Shown one piece after another: positions 26,934 through 35,453 of a stretch of DNA of 47,991 nt; within the stretch, counting starts at the first letter, position 1, and every line of letters begins with the position of its first letter. This stretch comes from a virus (Duplodnaviria > Caudoviricetes), in the IMG/VR virus record IMGVR_UViG_3300032247_000646, positions 1 to 47,991 of that record. One strand, written 5' to 3'. The notes below the pieces were generated by a model. That model saw only the letters and a program-made list of their open reading frames with translations. It had not been told where the DNA came from and ran no database searches. A program made the position numbers and the translations under genes.

Positions 26934-29021
26934 TTAAAAGTTAGCGTCTTCCCATTGCTTGTTGACTCGCAACTGCTGCTTGCGTTTTCCTTCGCTAACA
27001 GTTTCGAGTCTCCCTTGCTCCAGCCACTCCCTGATCTTGGGTTTGGCCCGAGTTCTTCCTACGTGTTGACCGGCGATGTCGTACCCATATGTTGACAGAG
27101 TATCCACGGAGCACGCTTCGCCGCTCTTGCGCAGTGTGTCTATTGCTCGTTTGACCGCTTCCCAGAGCGCGTCGTCGAACTCCCCGCCATCGTCTTCCTC
27201 GGGGTTGTACGTAATGAATGTGTTGTTTTCCACCGCCATGATGTGCACGGGTGGCTGCGGCGCTGCGTAGGACGCTTTGTCGAACGAGAGCTGCAGGTAT
27301 CGCGTCTTGGTGCCCTGATCGTAGGGTCTGAAGTTCACGAGGTTCCAGTGCGCTCGGGTCAGGTCGCCGAATGCTGCTGCGCCACGGGTGGTGTGCATAT
27401 CGGCTTCCCCACTCCTTGCGCCAGCCTTGGTCGTGTGCGTGACGTACGTCACGGCGCAGTTGAGTTGGTCGGCCAGTATGCCCGACGCCTTCATCATGGC
27501 TGAAGCACTGTCGTTCCCGCCAGCTTCGTCGAAGCCGAACAGAGTCATCGGGTCGAAGATCACCCACGAGATCCCCGCTCCCCGGTATGCTTTGATAATC
27601 TCCTGCACTGTCGCAGTGATGTCGTAGTGGTTGGTGCGCTGCACCTGCGAGGACAACGCAATGGTGTCGGTTTCAAAGTCCACAAACGCTACGTTCTCGA
27701 ATGCCAAATGCTTCTGTTCGTCGCTGTCCCAGTCCATGCAATTGGCCAGCATGATCAACCGGCGCTGCAGCTGCCGCTTGGGGTCCTCGGCATTCATCAC
27801 CAGCACTCGCCCTGGACGCTTGACTTCGTACCGGTCGAACATCTTCCGACCGCTCGCCACGTGCAGCGCCATCCAGAGCGTCATCTGTGTCTTGCCGGTG
27901 CCGCCCGGTGCAGCAAAGGTCGTGCGGTGCTTGGGCAGGATGTCCTCGACGATGAACTCCATCGGGGGCGGCGGGTTGGCGAACAGGTCTGCAGCAGAAT
28001 GCGCGTTGTTCTCCCAGCCGAACATGCGCTTGATCTTCTTCTCCTCCTCTGTAGGAGGCAGATCGTCGAAAGCGTTCACGAACAGTTTCAACTGCACCCC
28101 GACCTGAGCAGCCTGCATGATCATGGTGTCGAGCGTGTACTTGCTCTTGGTCGGTAGCAACGCCTGTCGGTGAAACAGGTCGTGCATGGTCCGCTCGTCG
28201 CTCCGGGCATTGTAGTTGGGGGAAGCTCTGGACCACTTGGCGTACTCCTCGTATACGCCTTTATCGCCCGGGAATGCACGTCCCAACGCCAGCCCCACCT
28301 TGAACCATTGGTCGCGCTCGTCGGGCGAAAACACCTGCAGCAACGTCCGGACCTGCGTGAGGGTGTCGCCTTCAACCTGCCCCTTGAGGTAGTTGAGTTC
28401 CTCTTCGGAGGCCAGCGCCGAGGCCAGCGAGTTGACGCCGCTCTCCTCGCACCGCCGCTGGTACTCAATCAGTGCCTCTTCGGCAAACTCGGTTATGTCG
28501 GTGACGCTGTCGGGGCAGGTCGTGTTGCCCAGCAACTGCCCAGTGATGGCGACGAACCGCTTGTCGGGGTAGACCTCGATGTTGACGCCTTTGGAACCCG
28601 CTTTCCGAGCGTGCCCCCGACCGATTATGTGTATGCCGGTGCCGGAGTGCGACACCTCGACGAATGCCCCGGAGGCAATCGCCTTGTAGGTGAACTTCTC
28701 AGCCCAATCGTCGATGAACTTGCCGTCTGCGCCGAGCACGTCGTCCAAGTCGAGCAGGAGGTTGCCATGCGTGATTGCGTAGCCCAACCCGGTGTAGTGC
28801 GGCGTGTGATGCTTGAGCGCGTCCATGGCGTCGGAGTGCGCTCCCATAGCAGCGTAGTCCTGCGCGGTTTCCATGGTCCCCGAGCGCCTTCTATGGGTCG
28901 TCGGGTAGTATGGCACCTTCCGGCCATCTTCGTCGCGCCACACGAGCCACCGCTTTTCCTCCAGCATGTCGTCGGGCAAATGCAACTGCTTGGTTTGGCG
29001 CTCGAATTGGATGACTTTCAT
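26934..29021 (-). CDS. Primase-helicase (AEP-type prim-pol, PriCT-2, RecA-family AAA_25 helicase)
   Basis: 'RWLVWR...KVPY', 'LDLDD', 'EVSHSGTGIHII', 'EVYPDKRFVAITG'; PriCT-2 'WFKVGLAL...WSRASPNY'; Walker A 'APGGTGKT' and Walker B 'VIFDP'. Likely start MKVIQF at 29021. Confidence 0.88.
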   Translation of the reverse strand: MKVIQFERQTKQLHLPDDMLEEKRWLVWRDEDGRKVPYYPTTHRRRSGTMETAQDYAAMGAHSDAMDALKHHTPHYTGLGYAITHGNLLLDLDDVLGADGKFIDDWAEKFTYKAIASGAFVEVSHSGTGIHIIGRGHARKAGSKGVNIEVYPDKRFVAITGQLLGNTTCPDSVTDITEFAEEALIEYQRRCEESGVNSLASALASEEELNYLKGQVEGDTLTQVRTLLQVFSPDERDQWFKVGLALGRAFPGDKGVYEEYAKWSRASPNYNARSDERTMHDLFHRQALLPTKSKYTLDTMIMQAAQVGVQLKLFVNAFDDLPPTEEEKKIKRMFGWENNAHSAADLFANPPPPMEFIVEDILPKHRTTFAAPGGTGKTQMTLWMALHVASGRKMFDRYEVKRPGRVLVMNAEDPKRQLQRRLIMLANCMDWDSDEQKHLAFENVAFVDFETDTIALSSQVQRTNHYDITATVQEIIKAYRGAGISWVIFDPMTLFGFDEAGGNDSASAMMKASGILADQLNCAVTYVTHTTKAGARSGEADMHTTRGAAAFGDLTRAHWNLVNFRPYDQGTKTRYLQLSFDKASYAAPQPPVHIMAVENNTFITYNPEEDDGGEFDDALWEAVKRAIDTLRKSGEACSVDTLSTYGYDIAGQHVGRTRAKPKIREWLEQGRLETVSEGKRKQQLRVNKQWEDANF

Positions 29022-29042
29022 CGTTGTCAGTTTCTGATGGTC

Positions 29043-29075
29043 AAAAAAAGGGGTGTTGAGTTGCCCCAACACCCC
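29043..29075 (-). terminator. Intrinsic terminator after the SSB gene
   Basis: Minus strand GGGGTGTTGGG-GCAA-CTCAACACCCC followed by T7. Confidence 0.75.
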
Positions 29076-29091
29076 GCCGCTCTGCCCTGTC

Positions 29092-29640
29092 TTAGAACTC
29101 GTCGTCCTCTTTCAGGTCGCCGAACGCACCGATGTCCGGCTTGCCGCCCGAGAGCGCCTCGCCGTCCTTGACCTTCTGGTAGGCTCGCAGCCCGAACGAC
29201 ACGCCTTGGTTGCCGGAGGCGTCGTAAGCATACGTCGTCCACTGCACTCGGCCCATCTGCCCAGCGTAAACTTCAGCCGCGTCGAGGATCTCTTGCTTCG
29301 AGCGATCGATCACGACGGGTTGATACTTGCTGCTGAACGTGATCATCACTGCGCCTTCCGGAGCCCAGCCGAACCAGTCGGGCTTGGTTTCGCACAGCGT
29401 GATCGGATACCCACTCTTGGGCTCGAGCGACTTGCGCTTGACCCCGGCAGGGACCTTCGCGCCGAACCGCTCGGACGCAGCATTCTGCACTGCGGCTTCC
29501 ATGGCTTTGAACTCGTCGGAGGCTTGCGCCTTTTTGTCGAAGATCACCACCACCGACCATACATTCTCGCCGCGATCGTTTTGCTGCGGCTTGAACAGGT
29601 GGGGGAAGGAAATGCGACCAACGGGTGAAATGTTACTCAT
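29092..29640 (-). CDS. Single-stranded DNA-binding protein (DUF2815/T7 gp2.5-like)
   Basis: 'RISFPHLFKP', 'EVYAG', 'AYDASGNQGVSFGL..YQKVKDGEALSGG' and an acidic tail ending in Phe. Confidence 0.88.
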   Translation of the reverse strand: MSNISPVGRISFPHLFKPQQNDRGENVWSVVVIFDKKAQASDEFKAMEAAVQNAASERFGAKVPAGVKRKSLEPKSGYPITLCETKPDWFGWAPEGAVMITFSSKYQPVVIDRSKQEILDAAEVYAGQMGRVQWTTYAYDASGNQGVSFGLRAYQKVKDGEALSGGKPDIGAFGDLKEDDEF

Positions 29641-29722
29641 GATAAGTTACTCCAATTACACAAACAAGGCTGGGATAAAGGCACCCGTACTTTACAGCCA
29701 TACGGCACGGATGTTTTCGAGA

Positions 29723-30691
29723 TCATAAGTCGGGGAACGAACTTGTGTCGACGTCCTTGCGCACCAGCGTCAGCGGACCCGGCTTTTTGACTGTGAGTTC
29801 GTCCAAAGGATAACCCGCCTTCTCTGCCTCGGCGAGCGTCATCGCCTTCAGCACGAGCGGGACCTCGACGTCTGTGCGCCACACGCGTCTGCCCTGACTT
29901 TGGACAGCCACGTAGCCTCGTGGTGGCTTAGCGATAGCAGCCTCAACGAGCTTGTCGAACCAATCCACGATGCGCTTGCGGTTCTCAATGGCCCACAACA
30001 CGGTGTCTTCGTCCAGCTCGTCCACAGGCCGGAAAGCAATCTCGGCTGCTCGGTGCGCTTCGGCCTTGCGCTCGGGGCAAATAGTCGCTGCTGGGCAGTA
30101 CTGACAGTGCTCACCCGCCTTGCGCGGTGCGTCGGGGTTCTTCAACAACGCCGCAGCTGCCTCAACGATTGAGTTCACCAGTGCGTCGAATGTCTTGCGC
30201 GGCATCTCGGCTGACCGGATCCCACCTGCGCGGGGTTGCACGATATGCAACACCACCTTACGCGGGTTGAGCCCGTACGTCTTGATCGCCCCCGCTGCGT
30301 AGATCATCAACTGCGTGTTGCCGCGTGCTTCAACCTTGTTGTATCCGTACTTCAGGTCGAACACTTCGAGCGTGCTCTTGTACGAGACAACCGCATCCGG
30401 GGTGCCATGGATGTCGTCGTTGACGTACACGCGCTGCTCGATCCACAGCTTGGCTTCCTTGCGGTCTGCCGAAGCACGCACCCGGTTGACGTACATCTCG
30501 ACATCACGGTACGGATTCTCCCGGTCTGCCGCGTTGAGCAGAATCTTCGCGGCCCACTCGTGAGCGTCGGTGCCCTCGTCAGCTGCAGCCGAAGACGCCT
30601 GACGCGGAGCTTGCTCGGTGAGCCATACACTGCCGGGGCACGCCAGCCAACGCGAGCTACCAGAGGGAGAGAGTTTTGCGTGCGTGCTCAC
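29723..30691 (-). CDS. DUF2800 family PD-(D/E)XK (Cas4-like) exonuclease
   Basis: 'HAKLSPS...RWLACPGS', 'ADEGT.AH', 'GTPD', 'DLKYG', 'QLMIYA', 'IVQPR', 'HCQYCPA..CP'. Likely GTG start at 30691. Confidence 0.88.
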   Translation of the reverse strand: MSTHAKLSPSGSSRWLACPGSVWLTEQAPRQASSAAADEGTDAHEWAAKILLNAADRENPYRDVEMYVNRVRASADRKEAKLWIEQRVYVNDDIHGTPDAVVSYKSTLEVFDLKYGYNKVEARGNTQLMIYAAGAIKTYGLNPRKVVLHIVQPRAGGIRSAEMPRKTFDALVNSIVEAAAALLKNPDAPRKAGEHCQYCPAATICPERKAEAHRAAEIAFRPVDELDEDTVLWAIENRKRIVDWFDKLVEAAIAKPPRGYVAVQSQGRRVWRTDVEVPLVLKAMTLAEAEKAGYPLDELTVKKPGPLTLVRKDVDTSSFPDL

Positions 30692-31023
30692 AGTTCGATC
30701 ACTCCTAGTACGTACTTCATATGGATCTTGTCCCAAACTAGAGTTTGGATCGAGTCCATCCCCTTGTCACCGAGGATCATACCCGTTGCCAGCGTAGCGA
30801 TGGGCGACCCATTGGGCAGCACATAATCCTCGTCGGGGTCGAAGTCTTTCAGTCGGTACGCTGCTTGGCGCACGTCGTCGACTTCGGTGGGTTCCATCTC
30901 ATGGTCGAACACCGGGCTGAGCGACCCCCACTTTTCAGCGGGTCGCAGATCGACAATCGGTTTGAGCATGCCGGTTGCGTGGTCTTTCCGCATCCGGTTG
31001 CTCGTGACAAAAACTCTTGACAT
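30688..31023 (-). CDS. Hypothetical protein
   Basis: Likely start MSRVFVT at 31023 after AGGAG; 'DLRPAEKWG', 'DYVLPNGSP', 'LVWDK'. Confidence 0.7.
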   Translation of the reverse strand: MSRVFVTSNRMRKDHATGMLKPIVDLRPAEKWGSLSPVFDHEMEPTEVDDVRQAAYRLKDFDPDEDYVLPNGSPIATLATGMILGDKGMDSIQTLVWDKIHMKYVLGVIEL

Positions 31024-31024
31024 T

Positions 31025-32311
31025 TCAAAGCACTCCTGTGGACATGATTTCGTTGAGCAGGTCGGTTTTGTTTTCCAGGGCAGTGAGCACACGCTCGTCG
31101 ATGGTGTCGGCGGTGACGTAATCCACAACGATCGTTTTTTCGGTTTGGCCAGCTCGGTAGTTCCGCGCCAGCGCCTGTTCGCGCTCGATCAGGGACCAAG
31201 AGCGAGAGAGCCACAACTGGTACTTGGCGCACTGCAGGTTCAACCCGGTGCCGAACATCTTGGGCGAACCCAGCAGGATCTCGTAGTCGCCTTCGATAAA
31301 CTCTTGCGGGTCGAGCGTAACTCGGTAGCCAGCTTCACACAGCACGTCCATTGCGTCGTTGCGCTCTTGCACCCAAACACTCCAGACGATGACTTTGCCA
31401 GCCGCCACGTATGCACCGATGTCGTCGTACAGCTCCCACAACTTGGGATTCTCGTACGACAATTTCATATCCGCGTGCCCCAACCCGCTCGACATGCGCG
31501 TGAGTCGGCCAGCCAGCACCGCTGCATTTTGAGCCGTGATCTCTTCAGTCTTGAACTGAGCTGCGTAGTTTTTCTCAAACTCTTTGTACGTCTTCATGAG
31601 TCCTGCGGAACCCTTGCACACCCGGCGCAGGAAAGTGCGCTCAGGCAACTCCACCACGTCTTGCAGCTGCACAGTGCACCCGTACTCAAGAACTCGCTGC
31701 TTGAGCTTCCCAATATTCTTCGTCATGAGCTTGCCGTAGCTGTCCTTGCGCGGGATGAATGGGTTGCCCGGTATGCGCTTCACCAGCGGGTGATCGGGCG
31801 GCAGTGCGTGGATGTACTCGGCTTGGAAATCTTTGTACGACTCCAACCGACGCTCAGGCCACAAGAACTTGAACTGTGTCCAGAGATCCGCTGGCGAGTT
31901 GGATGTCGGGGTGCCGGTGAGCGCCAGTCGATAGGCCACAATCTTCGAGAGCTTCAGGACTGCTTTGGTTGTGACAGTGCTTGGGTTCTTGATGCGGTGA
32001 CTTTCATCAAGGATCAAGGTACAAACCTGGGTGCGCAAATAATGCTCGATCTCTTGGAAGAACTTCGCATTGCGCAACTGCTCGTAGTGATACACCTTGA
32101 TGAACAGTCCGACTCGGTGACCTTCCTTGACCCACTGCGACTTTACGGACAACGGGCAGATGACCACAGCGCTGTCGGTCCACTGAGCTGCAATGCGCAA
32201 CGCGCAATAGGTCTTGCCGGTGCCGGGGTCGCTGAAAAGTCCGTATGAATTGCGGTCACGCGCCGCTGTCAGAGCGCGTTGCTGCCATGCAAATAAGGGT
32301 AGATTGTCCAT
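31025..32311 (-). CDS. SNF2-family (SF2) DNA helicase
   Basis: 'DPGTGKT', 'ILDESHRIKN', 'LALTGTP', 'GTGLNLQ', 'QALARNYRAGQ'. Confidence 0.9.
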   Translation of the reverse strand: MDNLPLFAWQQRALTAARDRNSYGLFSDPGTGKTYCALRIAAQWTDSAVVICPLSVKSQWVKEGHRVGLFIKVYHYEQLRNAKFFQEIEHYLRTQVCTLILDESHRIKNPSTVTTKAVLKLSKIVAYRLALTGTPTSNSPADLWTQFKFLWPERRLESYKDFQAEYIHALPPDHPLVKRIPGNPFIPRKDSYGKLMTKNIGKLKQRVLEYGCTVQLQDVVELPERTFLRRVCKGSAGLMKTYKEFEKNYAAQFKTEEITAQNAAVLAGRLTRMSSGLGHADMKLSYENPKLWELYDDIGAYVAAGKVIVWSVWVQERNDAMDVLCEAGYRVTLDPQEFIEGDYEILLGSPKMFGTGLNLQCAKYQLWLSRSWSLIEREQALARNYRAGQTEKTIVVDYVTADTIDERVLTALENKTDLLNEIMSTGVL

Positions 32312-32729
32312 GTTGATCCAGTTTCTCCAGTAGGTTGGTCCAGCGGTTGCGTGGAGTGGGGCTACCCACCCACAACGCTCGGTCTAGAACCGAGTCGAGA
32401 GGTTCGCCCAAGAGCGGCTTTACATCTCGACCTGCAACAAGTATCGCTCGGTTTTGGTGGTAAAGCAACAGATTTGTGAAAATATTCTGCGCAGACGCTT
32501 GCTGAGCCCAAAGCACCTGCAGTGGTCTCAGCTGCCCGTGCCCGGTGCCTTGAGCGATCGGGGCGCGACGCTCGTCGGGCACAACCTTGAGCTCGATCCA
32601 GCCGGTCACCCCGTTGCCCAGAGCGAAGTACACGTCCGGCATGCCCGGACTGCCGGGCGACTCTACCCGCACCGCAAAGGGCAGCACCCCTGCACCTTTC
32701 AGCGACGCCCAGAGCGCGGATTCTTTCAT
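32256..32729 (-). CDS. VRR-NUC/Holliday-junction-resolvase-like PD-(D/E)XK nuclease
   Basis: 'RVESP..PGMPDV...WIELKV...LRPLQVLW'. Confidence 0.8.
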   Translation of the reverse strand: MKESALWASLKGAGVLPFAVRVESPGSPGMPDVYFALGNGVTGWIELKVVPDERRAPIAQGTGHGQLRPLQVLWAQQASAQNIFTNLLLYHQNRAILVAGRDVKPLLGEPLDSVLDRALWVGSPTPRNRWTNLLEKLDQHGQSTLICMAATRSDSGA

Positions 32730-32753
32730 GTGAAAAATATTTTCATAAAGTTG

Positions 32754-32782
32754 TTGCTTTCGTCGAAAAGTTGCTGCATACT
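32754..32782 (+). promoter_or_regulatory. Early promoter P1 (sigma70-type)
   Basis: TTGCTT-N17-CATACT with an A/T-rich upstream element; shares AGTTGTTGC with P2 and P3. Confidence 0.7.
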
Positions 32783-32830
32783 TCGTTCACCGGTTGCGAG
32801 TTGCAGCCGATCCCAACAGGAGAAACTGAA

Positions 32831-33076
32831 ATGATCAAAAACATCCAAGTCAGCGAAGTCCGGTTCCGCAACGAAGTTGTAGGTTTCAGCGTGAGTGCAA
32901 TAGTTCGCGACTGCTCTGATTCGCTTTGGGATCCGATCACGCATCAAGCGATCTTCCGCACCCGCGAACGCGCCGAGCGTTTCTTGGCCAAAGTTTGCAA
33001 GACTCGTTCTTGGGATTTCAAAATGGCAAACTGGAATATCGGTCATTCTTTCAACGGCTGCTACAGCGTTATCTAA
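32831..33076 (+). CDS. Early hypothetical protein
   Basis: Start MIKNIQV after the conserved leader CAACAGGAGAAACTGAAATG. Confidence 0.7.
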   Translation: MIKNIQVSEVRFRNEVVGFSVSAIVRDCSDSLWDPITHQAIFRTRERAERFLAKVCKTRSWDFKMANWNIGHSFNGCYSVI

Positions 33077-33082
33077 TCAAAC

Positions 33083-33100
33083 CGGGGACTTCGGTCCCCG
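33083..33100 (+). other. Stable RNA hairpin with C(UUCG)G loop and no U-tract
   Basis: CGGGGAC-TTCG-GTCCCCG between two early genes, just before the next RBS. Confidence 0.65.
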
Positions 33101-33120
33101 ACACCAACAGGAGCAACTGA

Positions 33121-33369
33121 ATGAGCAAAGCTGTTAAAGTTATCGCCAACACTCTTGACCTCTCGTACGACACCGAGAAAGAGTTCAAGAACGAGTATCA
33201 GTACCAGCCCACGCGCACCGCACAGCCGATCTTCACCAATGGCACCGACTACTTCGCGATCGGCGCAAAACAGCCCAAGGACGAAGTCGGTCAACCGTGG
33301 AAGTTGCACAGTGACCAGTTCTGGGCTGAAAAGAACGAAACCAAGCTCTGGATCTCCGAGAAAATTTAA
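33121..33369 (+). CDS. Early hypothetical protein
   Basis: AGGAG RBS leader; biased codon usage. Confidence 0.75.
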   Translation: MSKAVKVIANTLDLSYDTEKEFKNEYQYQPTRTAQPIFTNGTDYFAIGAKQPKDEVGQPWKLHSDQFWAEKNETKLWISEKI

Positions 33370-33387
33370 CCAACAGGATCAACAGTC

Positions 33388-33891
33388 ATGAACATCTTCG
33401 TACTTCACCAATCTGCCCCACTCGCTGCTGCATTCCACTCCGACGTGCACGTCGTCAAGATGACGCTCGAAACTGCCCAGATCCTCGCTACCGTGCACCA
33501 CATTCACGGCAACGGCGACGCTGTTACGTACAAGCCCACCCACCAGAACCACCCTTGCGTGCAGTGGGCCGCTGCTTCGTTCGCTAATTATCGCTGGCTT
33601 CTTCAGCTCGGGCAATCGCTCGCCAAGCAGTACCGCATGCGCTACGGCAAAGAACACGCCTGCACCGCCCTTTTCTCGGGCGAGCTCAGCAAGGTACCAC
33701 CCAAGCTCACGCGTGCGCCTAGCGTCCCATTTGCACTGTGTATGCCCGATGATTGCAAAGACGCCGACCCTGTTGAGGCGTACCGCAAGTACTACCAGCA
33801 AAAGTACGAACAGAATGACTGGATGACCTGGGACCGTTCGACCTACGGCATGCCCGGCTGGATGCACTCAAAAAAAGTTTGCGAAATATGA
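33388..33891 (+). CDS. Pyrimidine-dimer DNA glycosylase/endonuclease V-like protein
   Basis: 'MNIFVL...H.D.HVVKMTLETAQIL.T', 'YKPTHQNHPCVQW', 'NYRWL', 'Y..RYGK.H', 'DPVEAYRKYY'. Confidence 0.8.
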   Translation: MNIFVLHQSAPLAAAFHSDVHVVKMTLETAQILATVHHIHGNGDAVTYKPTHQNHPCVQWAAASFANYRWLLQLGQSLAKQYRMRYGKEHACTALFSGELSKVPPKLTRAPSVPFALCMPDDCKDADPVEAYRKYYQQKYEQNDWMTWDRSTYGMPGWMHSKKVCEI

Positions 33892-33929
33892 AAATAGTTG
33901 TTGCTTTCTGAAAATTGCTGAGGCATACT
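33888..33929 (+). promoter_or_regulatory. Early promoter P2 (sigma70-type)
   Basis: ATGAAAATAGTTG then TTGCTT(33901)-N17-CATACT(33924). Confidence 0.72.
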
Positions 33930-33984
33930 TCTCTCACTGCGAACGAAAACGCAGTACCAACCGACCCCAACTGGAGAAACCGAA

Positions 33985-34326
33985 ATGAATGCAGTCACCA
34001 ACTTCGAAGTCGACGCCCTGATCAGCTCGCTGACCAACGACATCGACGCTCTGTACATCCTCGACCAGCAAGCCAAGGCGATGGCCGAGCGCGTCAAGAA
34101 GATGAAAGACGACATCGCCAACAAGTACGGCGAGTCCGCTAAGGACATCAACGGCAAGTACATCCCCTTCAAGGGCGAGCTGCACGAAGTCACCGTCCAG
34201 CTCGTAGCTGTCAAGGGCACCGTTGACTACGGCAAGCTCTGCGTCAAGTACGGCATCACCGACGACGTGCTCGACACCTTCCGCAAAGACGGTCGCGCCG
34301 ACATCAAGGTGGTCCCCGCCAAGTAA
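33985..34326 (+). CDS. Early hypothetical protein (coiled-coil)
   Basis: Conserved RBS leader; strongly biased codons. Confidence 0.78.
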   Translation: MNAVTNFEVDALISSLTNDIDALYILDQQAKAMAERVKKMKDDIANKYGESAKDINGKYIPFKGELHEVTVQLVAVKGTVDYGKLCVKYGITDDVLDTFRKDGRADIKVVPAK

Positions 34327-34353
34327 ACCAAGGGTTTCCACGGGGCAATAATT

Positions 34354-34395
34354 ATGAAAATAGTTGTTGCCTTGTGGAACTTTCCGAGAGATAAT
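34354..34395 (+). promoter_or_regulatory. Early promoter P3 (sigma70-type)
   Basis: ATGAAAATAGTTG then TTGCCT(34367)-N17-GATAAT(34390). Confidence 0.72.
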
Positions 34396-34434
34396 GACCT
34401 GACTGACAAACAGTAACCAACCGGAGAAACCGAA

Positions 34435-34710
34435 ATGTTCAAAATCAAGACAATCAGCTTCGCAGCCGCTCAGTGGGCCTACGACAACATGGCCGAGCCA
34501 GAAGTCGACGAGGACTTCGAGCCAGCGATGGACGACACCGCCTTCAACCGCACTCGGTTGGTTGAGCAGTTCGTGACTCACGCAAACGCCAAAGCTCTTG
34601 AGGCTTACGGTTTCCACCGCTCCACCGAGTGGGTCGCCAAGCTCATCGACGAGCCTGAGCACTCTTGGGCTAACGAGTTCGTTGCTGACGAACTCGGCTG
34701 GCTGGTCTAA
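34435..34710 (+). CDS. Early acidic hypothetical protein
   Basis: Conserved RBS leader; 'AAQWAYDNMAEPE'. Confidence 0.75.
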   Translation: MFKIKTISFAAAQWAYDNMAEPEVDEDFEPAMDDTAFNRTRLVEQFVTHANAKALEAYGFHRSTEWVAKLIDEPEHSWANEFVADELGWLV

Positions 34711-34737
34711 CGCAACTTATCAACTGGAGAAACTGAA

Positions 34738-34917
34738 ATGCAACGCCAAAACAAAAAACAACATCTGAACTTCCGCAAAGCAGAAAAGGTTCAGGTTCTG
34801 AAGAGCAACGAGTGGTTCGACTTTAGCAGAGCTTGCGGTTCTAAGCAGGTCGTAGAGTTCGCACTCCTCGCTGAAAAAATGTATGGCTTCGGCAACGTCC
34901 GCATCGTCAAAATTTAA
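34738..34917 (+). CDS. Early hypothetical protein (59 aa)
   Basis: Read by hand: MQRQNKKQHLNFRKAEKVQVLKSNEWFDFSRACGSKQVVEFALLAEKMYGFGNVRIVKI, after CAACTGGAGAAACTGAAATG. Confidence 0.72.
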   Translation: MQRQNKKQHLNFRKAEKVQVLKSNEWFDFSRACGSKQVVEFALLAEKMYGFGNVRIVKI

Positions 34918-34931
34918 CTGGAGCAACTGAA

Positions 34932-35141
34932 ATGACAACCACAACCAATACTCTCATCAACACCGACCAAGGCATCCGAGTTTCGGTGCAGGACTGGCAA
35001 GGCGACAAAGGTGCGTGGCTGCACCTGATTCAAAACGGCTGGTCTGCTGGCTTTTACTTCTCTCGTTCGGAAACCAAACTCTTGATCGCCGCCCTGCAAT
35101 ACACCCTCAATCAGCAAACCAAGGAAGACGAAAATGCCTAA
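34932..35141 (+). CDS. Early hypothetical protein
   Basis: Conserved RBS leader. Confidence 0.7.
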   Translation: MTTTTNTLINTDQGIRVSVQDWQGDKGAWLHLIQNGWSAGFYFSRSETKLLIAALQYTLNQQTKEDENA

Positions 35142-35448
35142 GATCACCCGTGAGCGGACCATCCGCGAGCTTTTGCAAAAAGGAAACCTGACCATGCGGC
35201 AGATTGCTCGTCTGGCTGACTGTTCAACTCCGTACGTTTACCAGATCCGGAGCAAAGTTGAGCGCGAGAAATTACTCGCTGCTGAGGAGGCTCCCAAGGC
35301 GATGGTCAAGGTCAGCGACCTGATGAACCGCCCGTATCCTGTACAGAAGCAAAAGGATCCGAGCGAGATGCACATGCGCATCATGGCGATCCTTGCCTTT
35401 GCTGTTGTTTGGTTTTTAGCTGTTGTAATCTTTTCTTTCAAGGGGTAA
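35134..35448 (+). CDS. HTH-domain protein with C-terminal TM helix
   Basis: 'LTMRQIARLADCSTPYVYQIR' HTH; hydrophobic 'IMAILAFAVVWFLAVVIF'. Confidence 0.7.
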   Translation: MPKITRERTIRELLQKGNLTMRQIARLADCSTPYVYQIRSKVEREKLLAAEEAPKAMVKVSDLMNRPYPVQKQKDPSEMHMRIMAILAFAVVWFLAVVIFSFKG

Positions 35449-35453
35449 CCAAA

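Noticed and set aside
30887-32248. Long plus-strand ORFs opposite real genes (also 5645..6562, 16713..17750, 23111..24241, 28170..29171, and 38936..39826 on the minus strand)
   Set aside because: Antisense shadows of genes with strong codon bias; no motifs and no RBS.
32726-33046. 106-aa minus-strand ORF upstream of the nuclease gene
   Set aside because: It lies antisense to promoter P1 and to an early gene that has the conserved RBS leader.
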